The translations under genes were made by a program, and so were the position numbers. A stretch of 64,000 bases of DNA, taken from NCBI GenBank assembly GCA_028534125.1, contig CM052818.1, forward strand, positions 14,572,001-14,636,000. Direction: 5' to 3'. The notes under the pieces were generated by a model. The model had not been told where the DNA came from. It searched no databases and was given only the letters and a program-made list of their open reading frames with translations. The first letter of the stretch is position 1, and each line of letters opens with the position of its first letter. Origin of the DNA: Lama glama (Eukaryota). This document shows positions 1 through 12,247 of the stretch, piece after piece.

Positions 1-284
1 AGCCACACATGCCAGCTGAATCTAGGACTGTTTTCAAGAGACCCTCTTGCCTGGCTCTAAATTGTCTGTCCTACTAGCCCATTTCCATTTAGGTCCAAAG
101 CCTTGACTTAGCAACTCCAACCTCAGTAGCCTCCTGACTTGACATGGTACACATTCTTCCAGCCATTTGACTTGCGCTTACCTCCACAAATGTCAGCCTG
201 GCTCACCTTTGTGCTTCCAGTGCCCTCCAGAACCTTTTGCCTGATCCCCAGTACCTGCCCCACTACAAGAAGTCACACTCTCTG

Positions 285-405
285 AGGAGAGGGTATAGTT
301 CAGTGGTAGTGTGTGTGCCTAGCATGTATGAGGTCCTGGGTTCAATCCCCAGCACCTCCATATAAATAAATAGAGCCTAATTTACCTCCCCCACCACACA
401 CAAAA
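285..405 (+). mobile_element. tRNA-derived camelid-type SINE (vic-1-like)
   Basis: gggtatagttcagtggtag (A box) ... ggttcaatcccc (B box), followed by an A-rich linker and a cctaatttacctcccc tail module. Confidence 0.85.
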
Positions 406-1574
406 GTATACAGTGCTGTATGTCAACTGTATCTCAATAAAACTGGAAGGAAAAAAAATTTAAGTCGTATTCTCACCATCACTATTGTAGGACATTCCAT
501 TGGCCCCAGAGGAGTCATCATGAGCCAGTCAGGAAAATCATTTTACAGAGACAAGCTTTTTGATTTCCTTAAATTCACCGTGTTGGTCAGGAGATTATTC
601 TCAAAAGGAAATATAAAATAGGGGATGTAAACCTGGAGTGTGAGCTCAGTCAAGAAGGAGGTACAAACATCTTCTAAAGGAAAAATGATTTAATCTCTTT
701 CCTATCTTTCTACCAGATGGGATGAGGCCTTCTGGGAATGTGTGTGAGGGAAATGCTTATCAGGAGGCCACGTAAAGGACTCAGGACTCTTTTGTGATCC
801 ACCTTCCATAGCAGTCAGTTGTTTTCTCTTTTGTATTTTTTAGGGAGAAAAAAAAGCGTTGGCCTGAACTCTGAGTGCTTTCTTACGTAATAAAAGAGTC
901 AAGCCAAGGGCACGTCTTGGTTGGGCGTGGACTGGGCGGTCCGCCTGCTTTATCACGAGTGCTGGGGTTGGAGGCCCCGTGCTCCTGGAGGAGTGTCACG
1001 CAAGTCTTCTCCGAGTGCTAAGCCTCTTTCCAGGCAGAGGGGGCCCATCTCAGGGCAGGCCATTAAGATGCCTGGTCCCTTGGTGATGTTTCAGCAAGGG
1101 TTAAATCACTCTTTAGGGGCTTATTGTAAGGGTACTAAACTTGAAGGCAAGATTGCCAAAACCAGTTTTCCTTCTAACTGACTCTGGGCACACATCACCT
1201 AGCCCGACTGGGTCCCTTTGGCTCATCTGTCAAATCATGAGGTTTGTTCCCATGGAACCTCAAAGACACCTTCCAGCTTGGAAATTCCCCAACTTCATAA
1301 TAAAGCCTTGTTGGCATCTGGGCACTAACTGGAAATCTGTAAACCAGATAAGACATTCTAGAATTGAATATATTCATATCCCTCAGCAATAATAGTAATA
1401 ATTAGAGTTTTAGCTTCAATAAGAAGTCATCTTCCTCTCCTATAAAATAGCCAAGATTCAATGAGATAATATATCCACAGGACCAGCTGGGGGAGGGTGG
1501 ATGAGGTGGACAATACAGTTCAGTTAAAGAGGCAATTCCTATAGTAGTATTTCCCAAAATATAATTCTAGAATT

Positions 1575-2775
1575 CCTATTCTTTCACCTAGATTCACCAG
1601 CCAACTGTGTCCTAAAAGTCCTTTATACTGTTTTTTATGCATTCAGGATCTAGTCAAAGATCTCACATTGCATTCAGTTACTGGCTCTCTTTAGTTATTC
1701 TTACTTTAGAACAGTCTCTTCCCATTTTCCATAACATTGACAAATTCGAGGAGTCTGGGCTGGTTGTCTTATAGAATATCATGTAATCTGGATTTATGGA
1801 ATTGTTTCCTCATGTTGAGATTCAAATTTAACATATTTGACAAAAAACTACTTCAGTGATGTTCCTATTATTTTTTCAAACTATTTTTATTTTACCTTTA
1901 CTATGTGATCAAATATTACAGAAATACATACGGCAAAATGGAAGGTGCTCCGAAACGCCACTGCCAGAAATAACCAGTATTTACATTTTAGCATATATGC
2001 CCTTAGATTTTTTGCCCCTTTGTATATAACAAAAATGGAACCATTTCTATACCATATTTGTAACTTGGTCTTTTCACTTGTTGTCATATCTTAGAATACT
2101 CTCTGTGTGAGCACATATAGATCTACCTCATTATCTTTACTGGTCTGTTTCCAGTTTTTGGCTGTTAGGAACTAGGCTGCAATCATCATCCATGTACATA
2201 TGTCTTTGTGTGCCCATGTGAGTGTTTCTAGGTTACGTTCCTAGGAGTAAAGTTTCTAGCTCAACTTTGATATTGAAAACTTGCCACTATGAAACATTAC
2301 ATCAATGCGTTCACCAACAATGTATGACAGGGACTGTTTCCTCACATTATATCCTGGTATTACCTCTCTTTTCGATCTTTGCCAATTGGAAGTGAAAATT
2401 ACTATCTCATCATTATTGGAATTTTCAAACTATGAGCAAAGTTGAGTGTTATTTTTATATGTCTGTTCCCTGTTTGTGTTTCTTCTCCTGAACTGTCTGC
2501 ATATATCCTTTGCCTATTTTCCAAAAGGATTGTTCATCTTTTATTGATTTGTAAGACTCACTTTTTAAAAAATTATTTCATTTTATTTTTTGAAGAGGTA
2601 CTGGGGATAATTAGTAATCAATTAATTATTAATTTAATTTTAGAAGAGGTACTGGGGATTGAATCCAGGATCTTGTGTGTGCTCAGCATGCGCTCTACCA
2701 CTTAAGCTATATCCTCCCCACTAACTCATTTTTATACTAAAAAAATTAGTCATTTGTTTTCTATATGTTCAGCTA
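1575..2775 (-). mobile_element. Ancient L1 (L1MC/L1ME-like) fragments
   Basis: Degenerate antisense L1 3' motifs (ttccagtttttggct, cctaggagt, tttgcctattttcc). Confidence 0.6.
2570..2719 (-). mobile_element. tRNA-derived camelid-type SINE with a duplicated 17-nt 3' module
   Basis: ggggattgaatccagg...ctctaccacttaagctatatcctcccc; gaagaggtactggggat occurs at both 2592 and 2643. Confidence 0.85.
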
Positions 2776-4437
2776 ATTGGAACACCTAAGTAACATTCCC
2801 ATGAGACATGTTCCAAAGAATATGCTTAACTTAGGAAGAAGCCATGTTTACATCCTCCTCTTTGAACTTTCTGTATAGGAAAAGGGCCGAGACACCCATT
2901 TGATTTAAATCTCTAGTGTGAATAAAATATACGTTATGTATTCATGCACATACATGTGTATACTCTATGTATAACTGGAAATTGGCTTTTTAAAAATGTT
3001 TTCTCTGTCATCATTTTCTTTCAAAAAAATAAAACTACATTAAGATTCTTTAAAATTGGGCTGTGGTGGGTTATAAGGTAGAAGCAGAAATTGCTCTGAA
3101 GCTGGAAACTGGCTGCAGATAATTAAATCCAGTGTCCACAGCTGGCCAGATCTTCCCCCTAACCCCCCGCCCCCTCAACCCCAATGGATGTACACAGTTT
3201 GGAGCTCATCACACTAGAAGGTGTCAGGAAGCTCTGATAAGAAGACAACTTCAGAAGGTAGACTGTCCACTTTATTTTCTCCCACCTTGACCTGCTGGGT
3301 TCAGTTCCAAGCAGCTGGCTGGCTGCCGGCAGACTGCGCCTTTGGTGCCCTGCAGGCCCAAGTTCAGTCTTGAAAAATCTTTCCTAACATAAAGGACTCG
3401 TGGGCCAAAGTTTCGTCGTTTTTGTTTTGTCTTTCCTATGCCCAACCAAACTGATTCCTTTTCTCACAATTTGGGTCATGTTCCTGCATTTCCTATGAAT
3501 AAGATTGGCAGCTTCAGAGACACTTATATTTGGTGATAGTGAATTTCGTTCAGCAGTTTTACAACATTCTCCTTAATCATCTCTCCCAAGCCACTGGATG
3601 TGCTGGCTCTGTGCCTGGTACAAAAATTAAAGATTAGTTAACTGAATATACTAGGTACACCGTTGCCAGCTCAATGTAGGGCATGATTAACTTTCTTATC
3701 TCTCCTAAGTGCTGCCCTCACTCCTTTGCCCTAAAACTAATGCAGTCTTTCTTGTTCAATACTATTGACTCTCTACAAAAAGAAACAGTAGGGGAAATGT
3801 CTCCAACTTTTGAGAGCCCAGAGCTGGATTTGTCTGCAATCTGAAATACATTTGGTCTCCAATAATAAAACATTTTTGTATGTTGCTCAGAGGGAGTTAG
3901 AATATATTTCCTCGGAATTTGATTTCACACATGTAGATGGTTCATGAGGGCAAAAGTAAGATGTCCATCCCCAGTCCCCAGCACAGCCATGAAATAGGAA
4001 ATAGAGAAATAAATACACACAGCCAAGAAATAGGAAACAGGAAACAAACACACTCTGAGAGTTAAACTATGAAATCAACACACAATGGCTCTGGGCAGAG
4101 CTCTGTAAAATGTTTAAGGGGCAAAAATCAATTATCTAGTCCATGCCTTTAAGGCTTGACTGCCGTCAACTCAAGCATAAACACATATTCAAAGGAAAAA
4201 TGCACACTATTTGCAAAAGGAAACATAGAAATGTTACATAGCAGCTTTTTTGGTTGTTATATAATATGGATATATTAATTTTGTCTCGTCACTGCTATAC
4301 TTTCCATCTGCCTTTTTTCCCATAGGAGATACTCCCTGAATAAAAATATTTTCCCCTTTTATTTTTTTAAGTGCTCTACTTGCCAACATAGCGGATCTGC
4401 TTCAGTGCTGTAATTAAACACAGTCATCTGATTTGGT

Positions 4438-4530
4438 TGGGCTAGAACCTTCAATATCTACTCTATTTAAGCTACAGCTGAAATGGGCTAGAACCTTCAA
4501 TATCTACTCTATTTAAGCTACAGCTGAAAT
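4438..4530. repeat. Perfect 46-bp tandem duplication (2 copies)
   Basis: tgggctagaaccttcaatatctactctatttaagctacagctgaaa at 4438 and 4484. Confidence 0.95.
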
Positions 4531-6861
4531 ATTTTGATAAGAAAAAACAGGAAGTCGTTCTACAAATAAACAAAGGTACATTCAAGATGGAATCAAAACT
4601 TTTCCTTCATGGAAAATAAACTAACAATATCTCTGTTTTCTTTGGAACAGAAAAGAGCTAGCATAGAATATGGCTTGTATAGCACTGTTAAATTCATTCA
4701 AATTAGCACTTACAGATGAAACAAACAAGTTAGGTCTTACAGATGAAACATGACTATCATATCATTTGGTTGGACTTCTCAGCAGCTGTCCAACAAACTA
4801 GGCTTCGTAAACAGAACATTGAGAAAAATATTTCTGCTGCTTCATGGACACACCCATAACACACTCGTACAATGGTCTTCCCACGCCCTGGACTTACACG
4901 CTCTCCATAGTACACAGTGAACAGTCAGTAATCAAATACATGTTGATTCGATTGTATCACAAGCTAATAGCTAATCATTTGTCAAGGATATTAATCTCCG
5001 AAAAACTTTTAATTGCTAGAGATTTTGACTGAATTTTTTCAATCAGATTTGATGCTCTCCTACCATCTCACCAGTTAGAAGGAAAAAAACCCTGAAAACG
5101 ACTGCACTCCTCATCCTTCCGATTTGAGTGATTGTGCCATGATTACTTAATTTGCTTTTCATACTTGGTGGAGGCATTTAAATAGCTCAGATGTTTAACT
5201 CCTGAAAAAGTGGTTACTAGTCACACATAGCAACTACTTCCTTTAAAAAATGTCACAAGGATGTGTATAATTTATTGCTGGGCTTGTTCAGCATAGCATG
5301 CAAATCGACTTACATATTTACATCCTGCATCAAATAGGATCTTAAAAACAAAGGCACCGTCGTTGGCAGTACCATGGCTCTGCTTTTCCTCACTCTAGCA
5401 TTTTTCTAGATGTTAAAATAGTCCCACTCCTATGATGTAGGAGTGCATGTATGTGGTCAGAACCACCAAACACAAGTAAAAGGTGGTCTGGGCACCACTC
5501 CATGACTGTCCATAGACCTCAAAGCCTTCACCAGAAGGTGAAGGAAAGTCCAAAGCAAAGGCCTTACTGGAAACCATGGCAACTGGGATTTAGTGGTTAC
5601 TTCTCATAAACCCTGGGAAATAGTTGTATGACTGGCCCCGAACCAGAGTAATGGCAATGACCTTGTGGAGTTGATCCCTAATATCACACCTGAGAGCACA
5701 GGTAGAAAAACATCTAGGCTCAATTAATGGATTCTGAGATGAGAAGGATTTCAGAATCAACCTGCCATTCCTCGGGACCATCACCCGGATAAAAACCCTC
5801 TCCTACTACTGCTAACGGCTGTCTAAAATTGCCTTATTTCTTTGGCTTAGGACTTCTATAAGCCTTTTTTAAAATGAAAATATTTGAGGGAGATGTAATA
5901 CTGTATGCTGTAGTTAGTTACTCGTGTCTTAACATGAACAAGACATAGAATGTTCCTAAGATAAAGTGTGTCCATAGAGCTCAGGGATGTAGGAAGAACC
6001 TGCCTGCAATGAACCCCTGGGGAGAGGATGCTACTGAAGATGAGGAGCGGGGGCTTGGTGCTTGATGTTTTGCTAACAGCCTCCCTGGTACCCTTCCTTT
6101 TGTAAGTTTCATTGCCATGGAGAGCACTCCTGTCTACATTGCCTTTTGGTGATCCCTTACAGAGCTGAAGCAAACAGGAGGTGGGGCTGCCTGGGTGCTG
6201 AGCAAGAGAAAGAGCTGCTGCTCCACAGAGGCAGTGCTGTGCAGCAGAAAGAAATGGGACTTGAGGCTGAGAAACCCTTTTGTAGCTCTCTGCGGCTTAT
6301 AGGTTCTTCCTATACAATCGAGTTCCCTCTTATGGAAGACCTGCCCTCTCTAGATCATTTACAGAATTAATATTTCAAGTTAATTCCCAAACCCAGCCCA
6401 GCCCTGAGACCCTGCCAAAGCATAGGGCTGCAGAAACTCTTCCGCAGCAATGGAATGGCAATTGGTGGGTGTAAGGAGAGGGGCCAAAGTCCTTCCCCGC
6501 TTCTTCACTCTTGGCCATCACTGCGTCTCTGCCCAGAGATTTAAGATTTGTTTTGCACCTTTCTCAGTGGGTCTCAAGGCCCTTTACAGACAAGAATAAG
6601 GGTTATCCCAGGACAGGACTCTTAGTTTGTATTCATCAAATTACACTTGGCCAAAGCAACAGTCGCAGTTGGAAGCAGGAACAGGCTTCATGCCTCCTAA
6701 GAAGTCTGGTAGGGATTTTAAAATCACAGGATGAGTCTGGAGTCCGAGGCAAGTCTCAAAGTAACTAAAAAAATGTGGTAGAGGCGTGCTTCACTGGGAC
6801 CTACACACTGCATATGCTCTTTCCTTTAATCCAACCGGCCAGGTGGTGGTTGTGGGCAGTG

Positions 6862-7165
6862 GATAATAATAACAACAGCAACAACTAACACTTACGTAGC
6901 ATTTACTAGGCACCAGACACTATTCTAAAACTCATCGGTACATTAACTGATAACAACCTGTAAGACAGGTATCCTTAGTATCCTCCCATTTGACAGATGA
7001 GAAAACTGAGGCACAGATTAAGCAATCTGCAAAGGGCACATAACAATAATTGAACTAATTACATTTTAAATTCTCAAAATAGCATCTACTCTTATTGCCT
7101 TCATTTTGCAGATAAGGAAGTTGAGGCTCAGAGGCAAGTAACTCATCTAAGGTCACACAGCGTTG
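6862..7165 (-). mobile_element. Two MIR fragments
   Basis: cccatttgacagatgagaaaactgaggcacaga; attttgcagataaggaagttgaggctcaga...aaggtcacacag. Confidence 0.8.
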
Positions 7166-7171
7166 AAATGG

Positions 7172-7746
7172 TCGGGGACTTAGAGCAAGAGTACAAATAG
7201 AGACCCATATTCCCTGGCAAATGTTTTACGCCAAGACAAAGTTAAATAAAGTATATTCTCTTCTCCTGCTTTGAAAATAAACCTTTAAAAACAACCTGGA
7301 AGACCAGATTCAGATTTAGACTTTTCACACTTCTTGGTCTGGGCTGGAAAGAAGTGATGCCCAGAGTCACACCCCAGCCCCTGGCCCAGGGCTGGTCTCC
7401 TCTCACCTGTGAAACTGAAATACAGATACCCCAGCATGTTCATACTCTCTACAAACACCTGTCTCTAAGCCACCCTGAAATCTAGGGATTCGCGCCCTGG
7501 GAGGACACGCCTGGGAAGAGGCTTGCATAGGTCCTGGAAGCAGGCTCGGGACCACTAGAACAGGGAATTCTGGTGTTTCACTACAGTCTAGAGGGGGTAC
7601 ATGGGCTCTGATGGGCACGTTTCTTATACCTGGTAGGCTCTTCACTCCATGGGGTGGAGCATGCCTTAAGGAGGACCACAGGAGCCCTCTAGGGTGCATG
7701 GCCCAGGGCAGAGGGCCCTCAGACCTGGGTCTGAGAGTAGCACTGG
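7172..7746 (-). mobile_element. hAT-Tip100 DNA transposon relic (MER115/Zaphod-like)
   Basis: Terminus (reverse complement) cagtgctactctcagacccagg...ctgccctgggcc...agagggc and internal gcaagagtacaaat match my recollection of the consensus. Confidence 0.6.
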
Positions 7747-7899
7747 TCATAATACCAGGGCTTTAAACACGTCTACCCGACTCCAATGAATGTTCCCGCC
7801 CTACTGAACCACCATTAATGTCACCCCTCTGCTTCTGACCCCAGTGTGGGACTCAAAGTGGTAGAGGAAGGAGGGTGCCCTCAGAATTGGGGACAAGGG

Positions 7900-9400
7900 G
7901 TGAGGGGGAGGAGCCTCAGAGATCTCCCCTCACACACACCCACATTTCCCCCTTTCCCCTGGATCCCGCCTCAGGCAGCTGGCCGGGCTGCATAAACACT
8001 GCTAGGAGCAAATCCAAGTCCTGACCACACCCTTCCCTTGTTTACAGACACAAAGCAGGGAAAGAATAGGGACCGCCTTGAAAAATGATTCTTTCAGAAA
8101 CTGTTAATTCTCTCTTCCAGTCTTATCCTGAAAGATAAGACTCCTGAAAAAAAGAACTTACCTAGAGACAGCCCTTTTTCTTTCTTCACACTGTAGGACA
8201 GCCAAGAGGCTTGCTGGCCTAGCCAGTCCCTGCCAGTGCAGTTACTTCCTGGCACCTGGCTTAGGCTATTTACATGGATTTAAGAAGGATCCTGTCAATC
8301 TGTCCAAGTTTCTAAATTTAGTTTCCATACATAAATGCAATTTCCTGTGTTATCGTAATTAACATTTTCCACAGGCTTAATTTTGTATTGTTGACGCTCA
8401 AATATCATCATTCATGGTGTCATACTGCCTTTTTTAAAGAACCACTTTAACACCCTGACTTAACCAGCAGCTTGCAAGCCCTCAGAGCTAAAACTCCAGC
8501 CGGCAGTGGCCGTGGATCCAGACTGTTTCAGGGCAATCCCAGTCGACGGAGGGATGAGTTCATTCGCACTCTCTCTCCTTTTCCTTAGGCACTGGGGAAA
8601 GTGAAGACAGACCTGCCCAAATACCAGAGCATGTGTGTCCTAGTCCTGGAAACTCAGAAATCCACTCAAAGCAGCATATGAACAAAAACGTCGTGTTCTG
8701 TCGTAAAGGGCAGGCCAGACTTCGAGAAAAAAATGTATCAGATCTTTCTGGAGGGTTGGAAACAGAATTAGGAAAGGTGTCAGGAACCGATCTTTTCCTC
8801 TCGGCAACCCCTATGCCGCCACGATGGTTTATTGTGTCTCTTTTCTCCCTCCGATCCACTTTTCTCTGCTTCCCCACCCCTCTGCACCCCACATCGCTGG
8901 GCAGGAAGCTCTGCAAGGCCGCCGGTTAGGAGCACTGGCTTAACTGACGCGCAAGTCCAAATCCGGAGCATCTGACTGGTCCAGCCTGAGTCAGGTGTCC
9001 ATGTCTTGTCCAATCAGCGTGGCCCAAGAGGGTGGCGCGTGGAGGCAGGGACGCTGCAAATAGGCCTGCGGGTCAGCTCCTCACGGTGGAGTGGGTGACG
9101 TCCTCGTGGAAGACGGGGTGGGCAGATGCCTTAAAGGTAAGCCGAGGTTCACTACCTAGATTATACCCGTGTTTGAAACAGTTCGACTACTGCCTCTTCA
9201 CGTTTGCCTTAACTATTTTGGACTTTTAGCAGTTTGCGGTCAGGTTTCGCGTCCGTGCTTGTTCTGTGGCACCTCGTGCACCCTTATTTACCACGAATTA
9301 TCATCATGGCAATATCCTCCTCATCGCACCTCTCACCATTAATATTTTTTCTGGCTTTAAATTACGGAGTCATGCCTGACGCCCACTCTCAAAAGTAGGA
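7900..9400. promoter_or_regulatory. Candidate enhancer/promoter with a CpG-retaining core
   Basis: No recognised repeat. CACCC box at 8025-8032, TGTTTAC at 8039-8045, paired GATA at 8119-8142, ACTTCCTG near 8244, TGAGTCA at 8987-8993, CCAATCAG at 9010-9017, TGACGTC at 9096-9102; about 25 CpG in 8881-9300 by manual count. Confidence 0.5.
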
Positions 9401-10011
9401 AGAAATACTGTTCAGAATCCAATATAATCACTACTTAGCATTGTGCCTGGTTTAAGCCCGTTTGAAACTTGCACAGAAAATGACTGTTGTCAACTCGGTT
9501 CATTTTTTAGGCCCTGAGCCCAATCATAGCTTTCACTGCCTTTAGTTGACTTGTCTAATACGTAAAACAATAGCCTTTTCTACACTCTAAAATATCATAA
9601 ACCTCTCAGTCCATAAATCTCAGACTGGGATATCTGAGGAATTTTTGGCAGATCCACGGAGAAACATGGCCAATCTAGATGTTAGAGGAATTTCTTGAGT
9701 TTCAAGCCAACCAAGAACATTAACACTTCACCCATATTCCAGAGAAATGCAGTAATTTTGTACAGCTGGACTGTCCTTAAGGAATGGGTAATATTACTGT
9801 TATATATTTTAAGAAATGTGTATTTGGTTTCCCTGACATTAATGTTCAGGGAGAACAAAGCACTCATTGCAAACTAAATTTTGAGCAATGTATAATCTGT
9901 GCTGCCAGATTAGTTTCTTTTTTTCTAAACTTTTTCTTTTTTTTTGCTGGAATAACTAAAGAAAAATTCTGAACCAAAATCAAGATGTAAGCTAAATTTC
10001 ATTAATCCCTG

Positions 10012-10520
10012 TATTAATTCACTTGCTGTTCTTTGGGTATTTGCTATGAGCTGGGCTCTGCACCAGATGCTGTGTATGCAGAGATAAAGGACACAGTCCT
10101 TGTCCTCATCACACTACAGTCCAGCAGTGAAGACAGATGTATAGACCAAAAAATGACAGTACCACGTACCAAAGGTATAAGTACATAGAATGTGAAGGGA
10201 GGACAGAGCAGGGACTCCTAACTCAGCTTGGGTTGAGGAGGGTAAGGAAAAGATTCCTGGTGGAGAATGAGGTCTAAGCTGACTTTTAAATTTGAGAAAA
10301 GAGCTAACCAGGTAGATGAAGTGAGAAGGGTATTCAGGCAGGGGAGATGGTGAAAGAGTAATATGCATTGTGGGTATTGGTGATGGCTTGGTTTGGCTGG
10401 AGTTTAGGCCAGGAGTAGTACGGTTAGGACTGGAAAGGTGGGCCTGAGATCCGATCACAAAGGGCTTTAGGCCAGGCTAAAGTATTGGAACTTTATCCTG
10501 GGTTGATAGGGAGTCTTCAG
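10012..10520 (-). mobile_element. L2 3' fragment
   Basis: acacagtccttgtcctca...ttggaactttatcctg, typical antisense L2. Confidence 0.65.
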
Positions 10521-10534
10521 ACTGTTTCTTCTTT

Positions 10535-11210
10535 AAGAAAAATGTTTATTGAAGTATAAAATATATGCAGGAACGTGCACATGTGATAAGTGTTCAGCTG
10601 GATGAATTTTTATGAACTGAACACAGCTGTGTAGCCAGAAACTAGGTCATAATGTAACCAGAACCCCTGAAGCCTGCTCTTGTTCCCTTCCAGTCAGTCT
10701 CCCTCTCCAAGGGGGACCCCTGGCCCGACTTCTAATGTGATAGATTTGTTTTGCCTGTTTTTGAACATTATTTAAGTGGAATTTTAAAGTGTGTAGTCTT
10801 CTGTGTCTTCTACCAGCCAGCACTGTTTCTTAGCATCATCGATTCTGTCATATGGAAAGACGGTTCGTTCAATCTTACTGGTGTACAATATTCCATTTTT
10901 TGAATTTGCTGTAATTTATTTATCCTTTCTATTATGTATCAATATTTGAATACTTTCCAGTTTGAAAAGTGCTGCTCTGAACATTCTTGTACATGTCTTT
11001 CAGTGAGTATATGTATGCATCTCCACTGGATCAAATACCTAGGAGTGAAATCTCTGGGTCCTAAGCTAAGTCTTTAGTCAGCTTGATTGGATTCTGCCAG
11101 TTTTACAAAGTGATTGGACTAATTTAAAGCCCCAGTAGCTGTGTATGAGAGTACCAGCTGTTCCAGTTGATATTGTTTGTCCTTTTCATTTTAGCCATTC
11201 CTGTGTGTGT
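10535..11210 (-). mobile_element. Ancient L1 3' end (L1MC/MD-like), interrupted by the MLT1 LTR at 11.2 kb
   Basis: tttattgaagtataa...tagatttgttttgcctgtttttgaac...atacctaggagtg. Confidence 0.7.
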
Positions 11211-11224
11211 GTAGTTAGTTGTCT

Positions 11225-11610
11225 GTCATCACTGAATTTTGCCTTCCCCTCAAATTTCTGTGTTGAAGCCCTAACCACCCCTCACTCCAAATGTGACTGT
11301 ATTTGGAGTTAGAACCTTTACAGAGGTAGTGAAGGTAAAATAGGGTCATAAGAGTGGGGCCCAAATCTAATAAGACTGTATAAAAAGAGGAAGAGACACC
11401 AGAGGCCTCTCTCTCCCTGCACAAACATAGAGGAAAGGCCATGTGAAGACACAGTGAAAAGGCAGCCAGGAGGAGTCCTCATCAAAACCAACCTTGCTGG
11501 CATCTTGATCTTGAACTTCCAGCCTCCAGAACTGGGAGAAGACAAATGTGTGCTGCGGCAGCCACCCAGTCTGCGGTGTCTTGTTATGGCAGGCCCAAAC
11601 GACTAAGAGA
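11225..11610 (+). mobile_element. MaLR solo LTR (MLT1A/B-like)
   Basis: gttgaagccctaacc...gtatttggag...gccatgtgaagacacag...ttccagcctccagaactg...ttgttatggcag. Confidence 0.85.
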
Positions 11611-11894
11611 GAAATGGAATCACATTCTAGTTGTAATTTGTGCATTACTCCTCAAACAGTTTCAAATAAGAGAGGGAAGTTATCAGATTTATACTTTAGC
11701 TGCAGGACTAGTAACGGGGAACCGATCAGAAACCTAAAGGAAGAATCTAGGCAAGAGCGTAAGCCTAACAAACTCAGGATCAGCTGGGTTGGTTAGGAGG
11801 GGTTAGGTCAGTAAGTGAGAAAGAGGTAGAATTGGCAGTCATTTAGGTGTGGGGAGGAAGCAGAAGGCAGTGGCAATTTTGCATTTTGTCTAAG

Positions 11895-12080
11895 AATGGC
11901 CCTGGAGTCAGACTACCTGAATGCAAACACTGGCCCCATCATTTACTAGCTCTGTGACCTTGAGCTACATATTTGACCATACTAAACTTCTATTACCTCA
12001 ATTCTAAATAAGGGAATTAATAAAAATAATAACTTCCTTTTTGAGTTACTATGAGGACTAAATGCGATACTGTAAAATAC
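11895..12080 (+). mobile_element. MIR
   Basis: ctggagtcagactacctg...actagctctgtgaccttgag. Confidence 0.7.
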
Positions 12081-12164
12081 CTATTTGGGAAAGAGTTATT
12101 ATAAACCCAAATATATTGGACTTAGCCTTGATTACAATCAAAGTTAAAACCAGAGGCTAAAATT

Positions 12165-12245
12165 TATTTATTATTAAAATGTATTAGTTTATTATTATTT
12201 ATTAAAATGTATTAGTTTATTAAAATGTATTTGTTTATTATTATT
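12165..12245. repeat. AT-rich imperfect tandem repeat (attaaaatgtattagttt x3)
   Basis: Direct inspection. Confidence 0.8.
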
Positions 12246-12247
12246 TA

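Noticed and set aside
4438..4530. CRISPR-like direct repeat
   Set aside because: Two abutting copies with no spacer, in mammalian DNA, with no cas genes.
5570..5583. RFX-like GAAACCATGGCAAC
   Set aside because: Only one good half-site and no supporting context.
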